Of a stretch of 33,063 nt of DNA, positions 1-9,412 are shown one piece after another; within the stretch, counting starts at the first letter, position 1; every line of letters begins with the position of its first letter. The DNA comes from an uncultured Nitrospirales bacterium. Lineage in GTDB: Bacteria > Hydrogenedentota > Hydrogenedentia > Hydrogenedentales > SCBR16-9. Under the pieces are notes generated by a model. The model saw nothing but the letters and a program-made list of their open reading frames with translations, made no database searches and was not told the origin of the DNA. The translations under genes and the position numbers were made by a program. Where the stretch lies: assembly GCA_964537975.1 (NCBI GenBank), contig CAZIDP010000053.1, forward strand, positions 1 to 33,063, read 5' to 3'.

Positions 1-2507
1 CTTTCCAGAGCCCAACCACGCTCGGAAGCCATACGATATACACTGAATTCATTGTTTTCCAATGCCAACTCGGCTCGGGACAAGTAAAACTCTGCTTCTT
101 CATGTAAAGATTGAACACGTGGATTTGTTATACCATGTGCTTCGAACCGATTGATGCGATACTCATTAATTGTCCACATGTTTCTGGCGCCCTGGAGCAC
201 CCAGGAAGGTATTGTTTCTATCTCAGAAAGTACATACCCAGTACCGATGGGGTCTTCTGGTGTATTGTTAATAAGCACCAAGCGTTTTTCCTGCATTCCA
301 AAACCCATCGTCAAGCGCACACGCAATGTCGGGTCTGCCCATACAGTCATGCAGTTTTCTTCCGGATCACCCCAAGCACTATCAATATAACTGGTGCCCC
401 ACTGGTATGGAGGGCTTTCTGTCGACACATCCAGTAATTGCAAACTGGTGAGACTTATAAAGCCACGTGGTTCTGTTAATCCAAACAAGGTAATGGGTCT
501 ACAAGGGAATGTAACTATATTCAGATTCTCTGTTTGCTTTGTCATGCTGGTTGATGCCGGGAATTCGGCTGGACGCGCCCAGTCATTGGCAAAAACTATC
601 CGCCCGTCAAGTATTACATCATCTACTTGCTGATCACCTTTCTCCAGCACGCGCATGTATTCGCCTTTGGCATTCGGATTGTTCTCCAGAAAGCGTTCCG
701 TCGCCACACCAAAAGCTTCAACTTCAACAAATGAAAATTGGCCATTTGCTGTCATATCAATCAGGCCATCGAATTCAAACCGACCTTCCTCATCAGAGAT
801 CGTCATGCCAACACCGCGTGTGCCCATAAGATTTCGGTCGCCCCGGTAAGTTTTCAGATTAACTACGGCACCTACCAATGGGCGATTGGGAGTGTAGTCC
901 ATTTGCTGGTCCAACCAGACAACACGACCTTGAATGCGGGACATTTTGTTTTCGAGGCGTTGCCCGACAAAGGGGCCACGCCAATAGGTAAAGGCGATAG
1001 CCAAGCGAGCCAGTCCCACTCGTTCGCCGCTTTCATATGCGATTTGGCGATTCAGGAGATCAAAGTTAAGACGCTCCAATGTGTCTTCCGGTGTATCCAC
1101 ATAACGGCGATCATCATTTATGGTGCTCAATGTAACACCGGGAATGCCTGCCATCGTGGGTATTTCACTGGCGAATGGTGCCTGGTATGGGAAGTAGGTC
1201 CACCAGCCACGACCCAATGTCTGGTTGATACAATCCACCAGTGGCGTTGGGGTATGTGGGTTAAGGCGTTCTACTTCATCATAATTCGTCATAAAACGGC
1301 GAACGAATTGGTCCATTCGCAAGCCCAACTCACTGAATTTGGGTCGAAGCTGGTGTTCATGTTGGGAACGGTAGCGTCCCACAGCAAATAAGCCCATTCG
1401 ATCCGAACGGCTTGACAGGTCCAGACCTATCATGATTCCAGGTCTGCCCATCCGGGCCAGAAGTGTAGTTTGCTGTTCTGGTGACCATCCTGTTTCCAGG
1501 CCATCGCTCAGGCGACGTGTAAAATGCGTCATCCCTGATAGCGATTGTCCATGCCCCCCTGTAAACAACGCATATATTGGGCGGGGCGGTAAGTCCTCCA
1601 GACGTCTGATATACCGGATCAATTCTAGTAGCGTCGATACGCTGACCGCCTGCTCTGCTCCCTGGGCTAAGGTTGGAACCATGCTGATGCTGTCATAATA
1701 GACATGAAAAACAACAGGAGCTACATCAAAAACCGGAGCATTTGGAGGCAGATTCCCCTCACTAATCCTGGCAAAAATGTTGTGGGCTTGAACACTTTCC
1801 CAATCCATAACACAGCGTACGGTAGCAGTTGTATCTGGATGTGCTAAAAACCGGTCCAGCGTAGCCAGATGTTCCTGTTCCACATAAAACCTGGGAGAAT
1901 TGGCAGGAACTGTCAAAGCTTTTTTGCGTGCCTGATAACCCGTGCTAATCGGGTTGGCGCGAAACAGAATGGCTTTCCCGCCATATTCTTGAATACTGAG
2001 CCATTCAACTCCATTATTTGAATCCATTACAACGATACTACCCTGGACAAGTTTTCCATCGAGATCGTCGTCAAAGCCTCTTCCCACGTCAACAATGTGA
2101 CCAGTAATACCTTCTGGAGGTGTTTGACTGGTTCGAGCCAGATTGGGCCATAAAGGGTGTATTGGGATAATGGCTGTTTCATCAGCATTTTCCAATAAAA
2201 CTTCGCTTATGTCTACACGGGGAACCGCAACCTTAAATGATTGCGTTTCTATATCGTGTTCAGCAACTCCCAAATCACCAAGCTCATCCATAATATACTG
2301 GTATGCATTCTGTACACCGATACTTCCGCTCATCCGTGAAGGCGTTTCAGTAAATGCTTCCAGGTGTTGCCGAATTCTTGAGATACTCAAGTCTTCGCCT
2401 GCATCCAAGTCCGGAATTTCTATAACCAGCGGACTGGGTCGGTCCACCCAGGCTGCAAGAGCCAAAGTCAGCACGATAAATATCAGGGAACCAATAATCC
2501 AGCGCAT
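1..2507 (-). CDS. M28-family peptidase-like protein with inserted PA domain and C-terminal CarboxypepD_reg-like beta-sandwich; 3' end runs off the window (>835 aa); N-terminal signal/anchor MRWIIGSLIFIVLTLALAAW
   Basis: Hand translation of the minus strand from ATG (cat at 2505-2507) stays open to position 1. The ORF track omits it because no stop lies inside the window. PA-domain-like block GKLVQGSIVVMDSNNGVEWLSIQEYGGKAILF. M28 topology is present (NIFARISEG; FHVYYDS; AQGAEQAVSVSTLLELIRYI; FTGGHGQSLSGM; IMIGLDLS; GIPGVTLSTINDDRRYVDTPEDTLERL), but the zinc ligands are substituted. CarboxypepD_reg-like block GRVVWLDQQMDYTPNRPLVGAVVNL...TISDEEGRFEFDGL. Confidence 0.7.
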   Translation of the reverse strand, partial: MRWIIGSLIFIVLTLALAAWVDRPSPLVIEIPDLDAGEDLSISRIRQHLEAFTETPSRMSGSIGVQNAYQYIMDELGDLGVAEHDIETQSFKVAVPRVDISEVLLENADETAIIPIHPLWPNLARTSQTPPEGITGHIVDVGRGFDDDLDGKLVQGSIVVMDSNNGVEWLSIQEYGGKAILFRANPISTGYQARKKALTVPANSPRFYVEQEHLATLDRFLAHPDTTATVRCVMDWESVQAHNIFARISEGNLPPNAPVFDVAPVVFHVYYDSISMVPTLAQGAEQAVSVSTLLELIRYIRRLEDLPPRPIYALFTGGHGQSLSGMTHFTRRLSDGLETGWSPEQQTTLLARMGRPGIMIGLDLSSRSDRMGLFAVGRYRSQHEHQLRPKFSELGLRMDQFVRRFMTNYDEVERLNPHTPTPLVDCINQTLGRGWWTYFPYQAPFASEIPTMAGIPGVTLSTINDDRRYVDTPEDTLERLNFDLLNRQIAYESGERVGLARLAIAFTYWRGPFVGQRLENKMSRIQGRVVWLDQQMDYTPNRPLVGAVVNLKTYRGDRNLMGTRGVGMTISDEEGRFEFDGLIDMTANGQFSFVEVEAFGVATERFLENNPNAKGEYMRVLEKGDQQVDDVILDGRIVFANDWARPAEFPASTSMTKQTENLNIVTFPCRPITLFGLTEPRGFISLTSLQLLDVSTESPPYQWGTSYIDSAWGDPEENCMTVWADPTLRVRLTMGFGMQEKRLVLINNTPEDPIGTGYVLSEIETIPSWVLQGARNMWTINEYRINRFEAHGITNPRVQSLHEEAEFYLSRAELALENNEFSVYRMASERGWALE

Positions 2508-2650
2508 CGTCTCTCGTTTTCTCCGGAGTTGCAAAGTGACAGCTTGTTGCAACGTGTATTCACCGTTATGTTGATACTGCGATAGCCCATATTAAAACTA
2601 GCTTGCAAGTCCTTTTATAAGTAACTGATGTTAAATTCATTTACAGAATT

Positions 2651-4783
2651 TTAACCAAAGAATCTATATACTTGAATTTCTGCAATCGAACCATAAATTG
2701 CCCATAAACTTCCGACTACGAACTCGCCCAAAACCAAACCTAAAAAAAACGGAATAGCTTTACGGTAAAGTTGCGCACCACCGTATCGTATAATCAGTGC
2801 TTTGACCATCCAACCAATGAAAACACAGAACCACAACTTTTCCATGGACCAGGAAGTTGATGTTGCAAAACCAACCGGATGCCACAACCACCAGGTAAAT
2901 TGCATTCGCATCGCTCCCAGAAAAAGCGAAAACCCAAGACCGAAAACAACTGCTAAAGTAGCTGCAATTCGTGGGCGTTGCGGGAACGTGAGCCAGGAAG
3001 CCATTTTGTTCCAGGCCTCAGCTGAAAACGCATCACCTGCAAGTCGGCCGCTGTACCCATATGCATTGAGACTGTGTAATAACGCCCAAAGCGCAGCAAC
3101 CGCACCTACTACAATAGCGATGACCATAGCGACCATCATGGAACGTGCTGTAATTCTTGTTAGTTGGGCTAGTTTGAAACCTTCCATACTGTGAGCAGAA
3201 AAGTGTGCGCGGTATGCACGATTAAACCAGAAAAACATGCTGAAAGCTGCAATGTTGCCTTCCCCCAGCATTCTGGTGCCCAGTGCATTGTGTATTACTG
3301 CATCAGGGCCCATATTATGCAAATCATGTGCGGGCGGTCCAAGTTCAGCACGCATCCGGGCAATGGCGATAGAATATAAAATAAAAATCAGGAAGAAAAT
3401 AATCATAATGAATATTGAAAATAGAACATCCAGAAATGAAGTAGATGCCCGTAGCGTCAGCATTACACCCTGGGTGATGAGTATACAAAAACACGCTGTT
3501 AATAAACCCATATTCCAGCGATAACTGATAGGCTCATGTGAATCATCAATTCCGCCGGGTTTACCTAGAATCGTTTTCCAAACCCCTACAAAATGCCTTC
3601 TTGATAACCATAATGCCAATAGCCCCAGTGCGATATAACCGCCGGCGGCCTGTTCATTTGGAAATGGGAAACCGGGTAAATCATGGATGCCGGCAGATGC
3701 AGCAACTACTTGTTGTAATTTGAAAAATATAAAAAAGAACCAGCAACTGAATGCCAAGTCCACAGGCATGAAAAAAACCAGACCAATCACAAAGGGGTAT
3801 AAATTAATTTCTGTGTTGGCAATAGCACTCCAAGGTCGTTCCACGAAATAATCAGAGAAGGTAAATACTTGAACGATAGGAATCTCAGGTAAATTTGGAT
3901 TTAGATAGCTGAAATTATTGATCATGTCAATGGTTGCTGTGATAAAAAAAGCCAACCAGAAGAGCTTGTTATGCAACAGACCACGCAGCTCGGTAGCAAT
4001 CAGCATGGGGATTTGAATTACAGGGAAACTAAGCTTTTCTCTTTCGGTCCAGTGCTGGCGAAAAAAGATATTCAAGCTCAACAGCAGACCCATTAACGCC
4101 ATTAGGAAAAGAAACCAGAAGGACAATGGCTTAGCCCAAGCCATCAGAATATCCCAGCGATACAAAGAACTGTTGCCTACGGCCAGTCCTGTCATTGCTT
4201 CCTGGTTTGTACTCAGGTACGCGTATTCAGGGATGAACTTGAGGAGCACTTCCTCCCAGTTATTCATGGGGTTGGCAAAGTACCGTGGATAACCCAACAT
4301 AGGTACAAGGATTTGCAATAAATCATGGCTGCAAAATGTGGCACCGATCGAAAGCATCATATAGATGGTCATCAATTCGCCAGGTGTAAATGCCCACTTG
4401 GGTTTATAATTTTCCAAGAGGAGATTCACGAGGGAGAGAATTAATATTACAAAAGTTACGTGGAAGAATAGTGAGATAGCAGTTGAACTTGCGGAGTACC
4501 AGATTAATTCGAAGCGTACCAGCCAAAATGCCATTAACGGCATCAATGCGCATGCTATAGCGACAGCTCGTATAGATACAAACTTGGGCTTTTCATCTTC
4601 CAAGGTACTCAAGGTAACGGGAGTACTGTCGTCCTGTCCACCATGCGTGTTCTTTACCAGTTTGCTCAATCCATGTTTCCTCACTGAGTCTTGTGGGGAA
4701 AGTCTTGAATGCATATGAAGATGCATTTCAAATTGCAGTGTCATCGTGACATCTGCTCCCCCAGGCCAACGGTTGGTACACAT
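2651..4783 (-). CDS. large polytopic integral membrane protein of unknown function (about 700 aa, at least 12 predicted TM helices); exact start uncertain (several in-frame Met within the first 25 codons)
   Basis: 710 aa ORF with strongly hydrophobic periodicity throughout and many W/F/L-rich segments. A long AT-rich, motif-dense 5' region lies at 4784-5249. Confidence 0.75.
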   Translation of the reverse strand: MCTNRWPGGADVTMTLQFEMHLHMHSRLSPQDSVRKHGLSKLVKNTHGGQDDSTPVTLSTLEDEKPKFVSIRAVAIACALMPLMAFWLVRFELIWYSASSTAISLFFHVTFVILILSLVNLLLENYKPKWAFTPGELMTIYMMLSIGATFCSHDLLQILVPMLGYPRYFANPMNNWEEVLLKFIPEYAYLSTNQEAMTGLAVGNSSLYRWDILMAWAKPLSFWFLFLMALMGLLLSLNIFFRQHWTEREKLSFPVIQIPMLIATELRGLLHNKLFWLAFFITATIDMINNFSYLNPNLPEIPIVQVFTFSDYFVERPWSAIANTEINLYPFVIGLVFFMPVDLAFSCWFFFIFFKLQQVVAASAGIHDLPGFPFPNEQAAGGYIALGLLALWLSRRHFVGVWKTILGKPGGIDDSHEPISYRWNMGLLTACFCILITQGVMLTLRASTSFLDVLFSIFIMIIFFLIFILYSIAIARMRAELGPPAHDLHNMGPDAVIHNALGTRMLGEGNIAAFSMFFWFNRAYRAHFSAHSMEGFKLAQLTRITARSMMVAMVIAIVVGAVAALWALLHSLNAYGYSGRLAGDAFSAEAWNKMASWLTFPQRPRIAATLAVVFGLGFSLFLGAMRMQFTWWLWHPVGFATSTSWSMEKLWFCVFIGWMVKALIIRYGGAQLYRKAIPFFLGLVLGEFVVGSLWAIYGSIAEIQVYRFFG

Positions 4784-4925
4784 TGATTGCCAATTTGGTG
4801 ATGCTGAAAAATTTTACCAGCTTAGTGAATTGGCTACGTGCATCTCTCCTTCCAACAGTGACATCTCTGGGTTACTTTGCCTGCATTAAATTTGTATATC
4901 GATTTACATATCGATGCAACTTGGC

Positions 4926-4947
4926 AAAGTATGCATATGCATACTTT
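4926..4947. promoter_or_regulatory. 22-bp perfect palindrome AAAGTATGCATATGCATACTTT, about 145 bp upstream of the membrane-protein start; candidate operator for a dimeric transcription factor
   Basis: The reverse complement equals the sequence itself over 22 nt. The half-site AAGTATGCA recurs at 5157-5165, and ATATGCAT at about 5064-5071, in the same intergenic region. Confidence 0.5.
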
Positions 4948-5135
4948 ACAACAGAATTGTAAGCAGCATTACGCATTTAGAAAGTCTATAGCACTGTGTC
5001 AATCAAAATCAATTTTTAACTTAATCTGTTTTTGAATTTGTAAAATATGTGCAAGTTGTGAATATGCATTACGCTATAATTGCATCTGATTTTTTCTGTA
5101 TGTAAAAAAAAAGACACCACAATTGCGGTGTATAA

Positions 5136-5152
5136 AAATCAGATTGTAAAAT
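5136..5152. repeat. exact 17-mer AAATCAGATTGTAAAAT (copy 1), followed immediately by TGCACAA; part of an 11-bp inverted repeat (5084-5094 / 5134-5144) that flanks the near-palindrome ACACCACAATTGCGGTGT (5114-5131)
   Basis: Identical 17-mer at 24658-24674. TTGTAAAAT also occurs at 5038-5046. Confidence 0.6.
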
Positions 5153-5249
5153 GCACAAGTATGCAACAGAAGTATTTTTTTTGTTATTATTTAAAAAGAA
5201 TCTCCTTTAATCAGAAATAACTATATTATTATAATGGCGTTACTAATGC

Positions 5250-5844
5250 TTATGGATAAAGGCGTATCGCATGCCACACATCCTCCTTCAATGTGTATTG
5301 AAGACGATCATGGAGTCGAAATGGTTGTTTTAACCAGAACTCAATCTTTTCAGGTGTTAACCTGAATCCGGACCAAAATGGTGGGCGTGGAATTTTCCCT
5401 ATTGGATATTTTGCGGTGTACATCGCCAATCGTTTTTCCAAGGCAAACCTGCTTGGCAACGCTTCAGATTGATGTGAAGCCCAAGCACCAAGTTGGCTTT
5501 GACGGGGTCGTGAATCAAAATATGCATCAGCTTCTTGATCGCTTACCTGTTCTACCTTGCCCTGAACTCGTATTTGTTTTTCAAGGGGCATCCAATGGAA
5601 ACATAAGGCTGCATTGGGATTGGCCTGCAACTGTTTTGCTTTTATGCTGTTCATGTTTGTATAGAAGACAAACCCAAGGGTATCCCATCCCTTCAACAAG
5701 ACTACCCGTGCGTCTGGCATGTTCTTTTCATCAACAGTTGCCAACGTCATAGCAGTAGGTTCGTCAATTTCTTTACAAGCCAACACCTCTGCGTACCAAG
5801 CATCAAACAATGTAAATGGCGAGTCTTCCACTGGAATTGCCATG
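5250..5844 (-). CDS. pdxH: pyridoxamine 5'-phosphate oxidase
   Basis: Full-length PdxH-like sequence (RVVLLKGWDTLGFVFYTN...QIRVQGKVE...YFDSRPRQSQLGAWASHQS...PRPPFWSGFRLTPEKIEFW...RLHDRL). The track ORF starts at a TTG at 5867. The ATG at 5844 (MAIPVEDSPFTLFDAW) with an upstream GGAGG is the more likely start. Confidence 0.9.
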
Positions 5845-5991
5845 TTATAAACATCCTCCGCTATCAATCTAAAACAGAAAAAATGAAAGCATAAACAAGA
5901 AAATCCACTTAATTGCTAAGTGGTGTGATACTACAGAAAAAACAATCTGTTGGCTTATAATGACTTCAAGATCAACATGGGTTATTGGCAA

Positions 5992-6807
5992 TTACTGGAC
6001 AAATTGCTTCATGTATTGCAGGCTGTTTTTAGCAATGCATTCCGGACCAGGTTCAAAATTAAAAACCTCAACCGAAACATAATCTTCATAACCTATAGAC
6101 TTCAATGCTTCAAAAATTGGTGCAAAGTCAACATCACCAAACCCAGGTCCATGAAGATTTTCATCATTTGCATGAAAATGCTTTAAATAGTGAGCATATT
6201 TTTTTATCAATGCTGCTCTGCTATCCAGTTCAAATGTCATGGCTTTGGTATCAAGAATCAACTGGAAATTGGGGTGGTCTACCGCTTCAATCAGATCAAC
6301 AGCCTGTGCTGTGGTATGACAAAAATCTGTTTCAAGGTGGGTTAGTGGTTCCATACATATAGTCACATCTTGCAATTCACATCGCGCCATAGTCTTTTCA
6401 AAAACAGAACGGGCAAATTCAAATGCTTGTGAATACGAAACACCATCCATCAGGCTTCGCTGCTTTGGTGAACCAAATATAATGACTTTGCCACCAACAT
6501 CCGCACAAAAATTCACCAAATCTTCCAGATATTTTTGTGTGGTTGTGCGTACTTCAGTGTCCAAATGGGTCAGGTGAACATTATCCGGGCCAACAAATAC
6601 CCAGTGTATACCCAAAATATCCAATTCGTATTTTTCCGCAGAACGAACGATGTTCTTCCGATCTGCTACAGTAATATCATACACATAATCGGCAAAAGTA
6701 AACGGTGCAATCTCTAATCCATCATAGCCTGTTTCTTTAACATAGGCAATAGTGCGTTCAATATCATTCCATTCTTTAAAAATTTCGCTGCAAATTCCGA
6801 ATTTCAA
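5992..6807 (-). CDS. sugar phosphate isomerase/epimerase (xylose-isomerase-like TIM barrel) family protein; TTG start overlapping the upstream stop (TTGA)
   Basis: 271 aa ORF with an MKFGI... start and the typical TIM-barrel isomerase/epimerase length and composition. Translationally coupled to the GGDEF regulator gene. Confidence 0.8.
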   Translation of the reverse strand: MKFGICSEIFKEWNDIERTIAYVKETGYDGLEIAPFTFADYVYDITVADRKNIVRSAEKYELDILGIHWVFVGPDNVHLTHLDTEVRTTTQKYLEDLVNFCADVGGKVIIFGSPKQRSLMDGVSYSQAFEFARSVFEKTMARCELQDVTICMEPLTHLETDFCHTTAQAVDLIEAVDHPNFQLILDTKAMTFELDSRAALIKKYAHYLKHFHANDENLHGPGFGDVDFAPIFEALKSIGYEDYVSVEVFNFEPGPECIAKNSLQYMKQFVQ

Positions 6808-8162
6808 CGTGAAGTGTTTCTCCTCTGCTCATATTCTTCCAACGTAGTAAATGCAGGCAGTACACTGTCACTATTAATACAAACCCGGTTACCACCTGCG
6901 CGTTTTGCATCATACATCATTGCATCTGCTGCCCGAATAAATGATTGCGCAGTGGAACCTTGACGGTATGATGCCAGACCAATACTCAATGTAAGCCGAT
7001 CAAATCGGCGTGCTTCAAAACTTGATCGAATACGTTCTGTAATTTGCAAAGCGATGCTTTCATCAGCTTCTGGAAGAATTACAGTGAACTCATCTCCTCC
7101 ATACCGAAACCCCAAATCGACGTGCTCCCGGGTGCAATCCATTACAACTTGGCCGATGGTCTGAAGCACTCGGTCTCCCTCCAAATGACCACGGCAATCA
7201 TTGTAATACTTAAACTCGTCCACATCAAAAAGTACCAACGACAAAGGTCTTCGCTGACGACGAGCACGTTCAATTTCTGCTTCCAGGCGATCATAAAAAT
7301 GGCGCTGATTATACAACCCAGTTAAATTGTCTTTAATCGACATTTCTTTGAGATCAGCTTCAAGCTGTTTTTGCTTGGTAATGTCTTTACAAATAGCCAG
7401 ATACGATATTATTTGTCCCTCTGGATTTTTTACCCAGGACATCGACATATTTATAGGAATTTTTTCAATTTGTTTGTGAATAAATTCTGTCTCATAATTT
7501 TGAAGCGGTGGATCATCTTCCATTATACGCTTGACATATCCAGCCTCTTCTTCGCCACCAATCAGTAATTGTGGTAAGGACAGTTTCAGCAACTCCTCCC
7601 GACTAAACCCAAACATAAGAATTGCACCTTCATTGGCGAAAGTAACCAAACCTTGTGTATTAACTGTTAATATGGCATCGACCGAGCTGTTAATCAGGTT
7701 TTCAAGATACTCTTTGGTTTCACGTAACTCATGCGTTGCATCTCGAATTTGTGTTTCCAGTTCTTCTTGATACCGCCGATTTTCCATTATTAAACGTCGG
7801 CGTTCCAAAGCACGGTCGACAGAAAGGCATATTTCTGTGATGTTGAATGGTTTCAGGAGATAATCATCGGCACCAGCACGTATTGATTCTACAGCACTGG
7901 TTACTTCCAACAAGGCTGTTACTACGATAACAGCCAGATTACCATCCATTTCTTTTGCCTGGCGGACTACTTCATTACCATGCATTTCGGGCATGCGTAG
8001 ATCTGTTAGCAGTAACGAGTAATGATTGTTCTGGATGTATTCGAGTGCTTCCAGTGCGGACGTGGTCAACGTACACTCGTAGCCCACCTCTGACAGTAAT
8101 TGCCCGAGCAGTTCCAAAATACTGGACTCATCATCCAGAATTAAAATACGGTCTCTGCTCAC
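6804..8162 (-). CDS. response regulator with REC + PAS + GGDEF domains (diguanylate cyclase); GTG start
   Basis: N-terminal receiver (ILILDDE...LLLTDLRMPEMHG...KPF), PAS-like middle section, C-terminal GGDEF with RYGGDEF and an upstream RxxD I-site-like motif. Confidence 0.9.
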   Translation of the reverse strand: MSRDRILILDDESSILELLGQLLSEVGYECTLTTSALEALEYIQNNHYSLLLTDLRMPEMHGNEVVRQAKEMDGNLAVIVVTALLEVTSAVESIRAGADDYLLKPFNITEICLSVDRALERRRLIMENRRYQEELETQIRDATHELRETKEYLENLINSSVDAILTVNTQGLVTFANEGAILMFGFSREELLKLSLPQLLIGGEEEAGYVKRIMEDDPPLQNYETEFIHKQIEKIPINMSMSWVKNPEGQIISYLAICKDITKQKQLEADLKEMSIKDNLTGLYNQRHFYDRLEAEIERARRQRRPLSLVLFDVDEFKYYNDCRGHLEGDRVLQTIGQVVMDCTREHVDLGFRYGGDEFTVILPEADESIALQITERIRSSFEARRFDRLTLSIGLASYRQGSTAQSFIRAADAMMYDAKRAGGNRVCINSDSVLPAFTTLEEYEQRRNTSR

Positions 8163-8279
8163 TGCACTTGCCCGAGACGTAGTTTATACAGAGTGTATTG
8201 ATATGTGGTGTCAAAGAACACTAGATTGACTACTTCTTAAAGCGATCATTAGTTGATAAAAATTCCACCCATGCATTTA

Positions 8280-8498
8280 TCATAAATACTTGTAAACAGC
8301 TACCATGGCAATCGTTGAGCCGATAGCCAAACCAAGTTCGAAACGTCCAGGCAATTTATCGGTATCAATTTCACGACGTTGCAAGCCTTCACGCTCAGCC
8401 AGACTTGTACCTTGTGCCTGTGCTTCTTGAGAAAACAGGAATCCGAAACAAAACAGCAAGCATACTACAGCCGCAATTAGCCAAATCTTTTTGTTCAT
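8280..8498 (-). CDS. small (72 aa) membrane/secreted protein with N-terminal signal/TM segment and hydrophobic C-terminus
   Basis: ATG preceded by a strong GGAGG (9 nt spacing). Hydrophobic N-terminus MNKKIWLIAAVVCLLFCFGFLF. Same strand and upstream of the GGDEF regulator. Confidence 0.5.
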   Translation of the reverse strand: MNKKIWLIAAVVCLLFCFGFLFSQEAQAQGTSLAEREGLQRREIDTDKLPGRFELGLAIGSTIAMVAVYKYL

Positions 8499-8803
8499 TA
8501 AATTCTACCTCCAGAATATATATACCATACATAGATTCTACCTGTCATGCGCTAAAAGTGCAACATTCCTGAAAGTTATCACGAAATACATTCAATTCAT
8601 TCTTATACCATGAACACAAAAATACACCATTTTTTCCTAAAAACCAAATTTCATCTGTCCTCAAGTTCAATCTTATTGTCATAAGATAAATTCCAGGGAT
8701 ACACACAATTCCTTAATGCACACAAAACACAGGATATCAACTCAAAACACCGCCAAACCGTCAACACATTGTAGGCTTAACTCCTAGCAATTCTGATATT
8801 ACC

Positions 8804-8832
8804 TTGTCTGCGAACCATATGTTTTGTATAAT
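8804..8832 (+). promoter_or_regulatory. sigma70-like promoter candidate TTGTCT-17 nt-TATAAT upstream of the HTH gene
   Basis: -35 TTGTCT at 8804-8809 and -10 TATAAT at 8827-8832 with a 17-nt spacer; about 60 bp upstream of the ATG at 8893. Confidence 0.35.
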
Positions 8833-8892
8833 GACGTTTTGTGATTCGTCTTATAAATTTGTGTTCTTATTGTGGAGCATTTGTTGGAAATA

Positions 8893-9279
8893 ATGGATAG
8901 AATATTAACTGTCAACGATGTAGCAGAATTATTGCATGTAAAACCGATTACAGTACGTGAAATGTTCCGTGAAAAGCGATTACGAGCCTTTAAAGTTGGG
9001 AAATCCTGGCGGACAACGGAAAAAATGTTGCAGGAGGACATAGACGCACTGGCACGTGGTGAAGAACCTGCTGTGTTGCCTATGCCCAATGGAAAATCTA
9101 AAACTGTGCAATTGAACACAACAGAAGCACCTGACACAAAGCATTCAAAAGGACCAAAGCGCAAATCCAAATCAAAAATTCAGGAAAACAGGCAAGATAT
9201 CGATGCTATTAATGATGAAGATATGATAAATTCTGAAACAGATGAAGATGATGACGATTTGCAACAGTTTTTATTCTAA
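8893..9279 (+). CDS. excisionase-family (HTH_17-like) DNA-binding protein with a long Lys-rich then strongly acidic C-terminal tail; low-GC gene
   Basis: MDRILTVNDVAELLHVKPITVREMFREKRLRAFKVGKSWRTTEKMLQEDIDAL matches the excisionase/AlpA-type HTH. The tail is ...KGPKRKSKSKIQ...DEDMINSETDEDDDDLQQFLF. The track ORF begins at a GTG at 8872; the ATG at 8893 is preferred. Confidence 0.7.
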   Translation: MDRILTVNDVAELLHVKPITVREMFREKRLRAFKVGKSWRTTEKMLQEDIDALARGEEPAVLPMPNGKSKTVQLNTTEAPDTKHSKGPKRKSKSKIQENRQDIDAINDEDMINSETDEDDDDLQQFLF

Positions 9280-9412
9280 AAATGATTATAAAAATATTCT
9301 CCACTTCTGTTATGACAACAAAATTATTTTCTCCATACGTAGTACCTGCAGTTTCCACCCTAAAAAAATTTTTTGTGAAGGAAAAAATAATTTCAGGAAC
9401 AGTTCACTTGCG

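Noticed and set aside
111-2574. Many short plus-strand ORFs (79-217 aa) across the first 2.5 kb
   Set aside because: They lie antisense to the long, uninterrupted minus-strand M28-like ORF, which the track omits only because it lacks an in-window stop. Their translations show no domain features.
2802-3723. Plus-strand ORFs (61-130 aa) within the 710 aa membrane-protein gene
   Set aside because: Antisense to a strongly supported hydrophobic ORF, with no start or RBS context.
8502-8543. 9-bp direct repeat ATTCTACCT x2 downstream of the small membrane-protein gene
   Set aside because: Too short to call a target-site duplication, and no mobile-element gene lies nearby. It is mentioned only as context for the low-GC HTH cassette.
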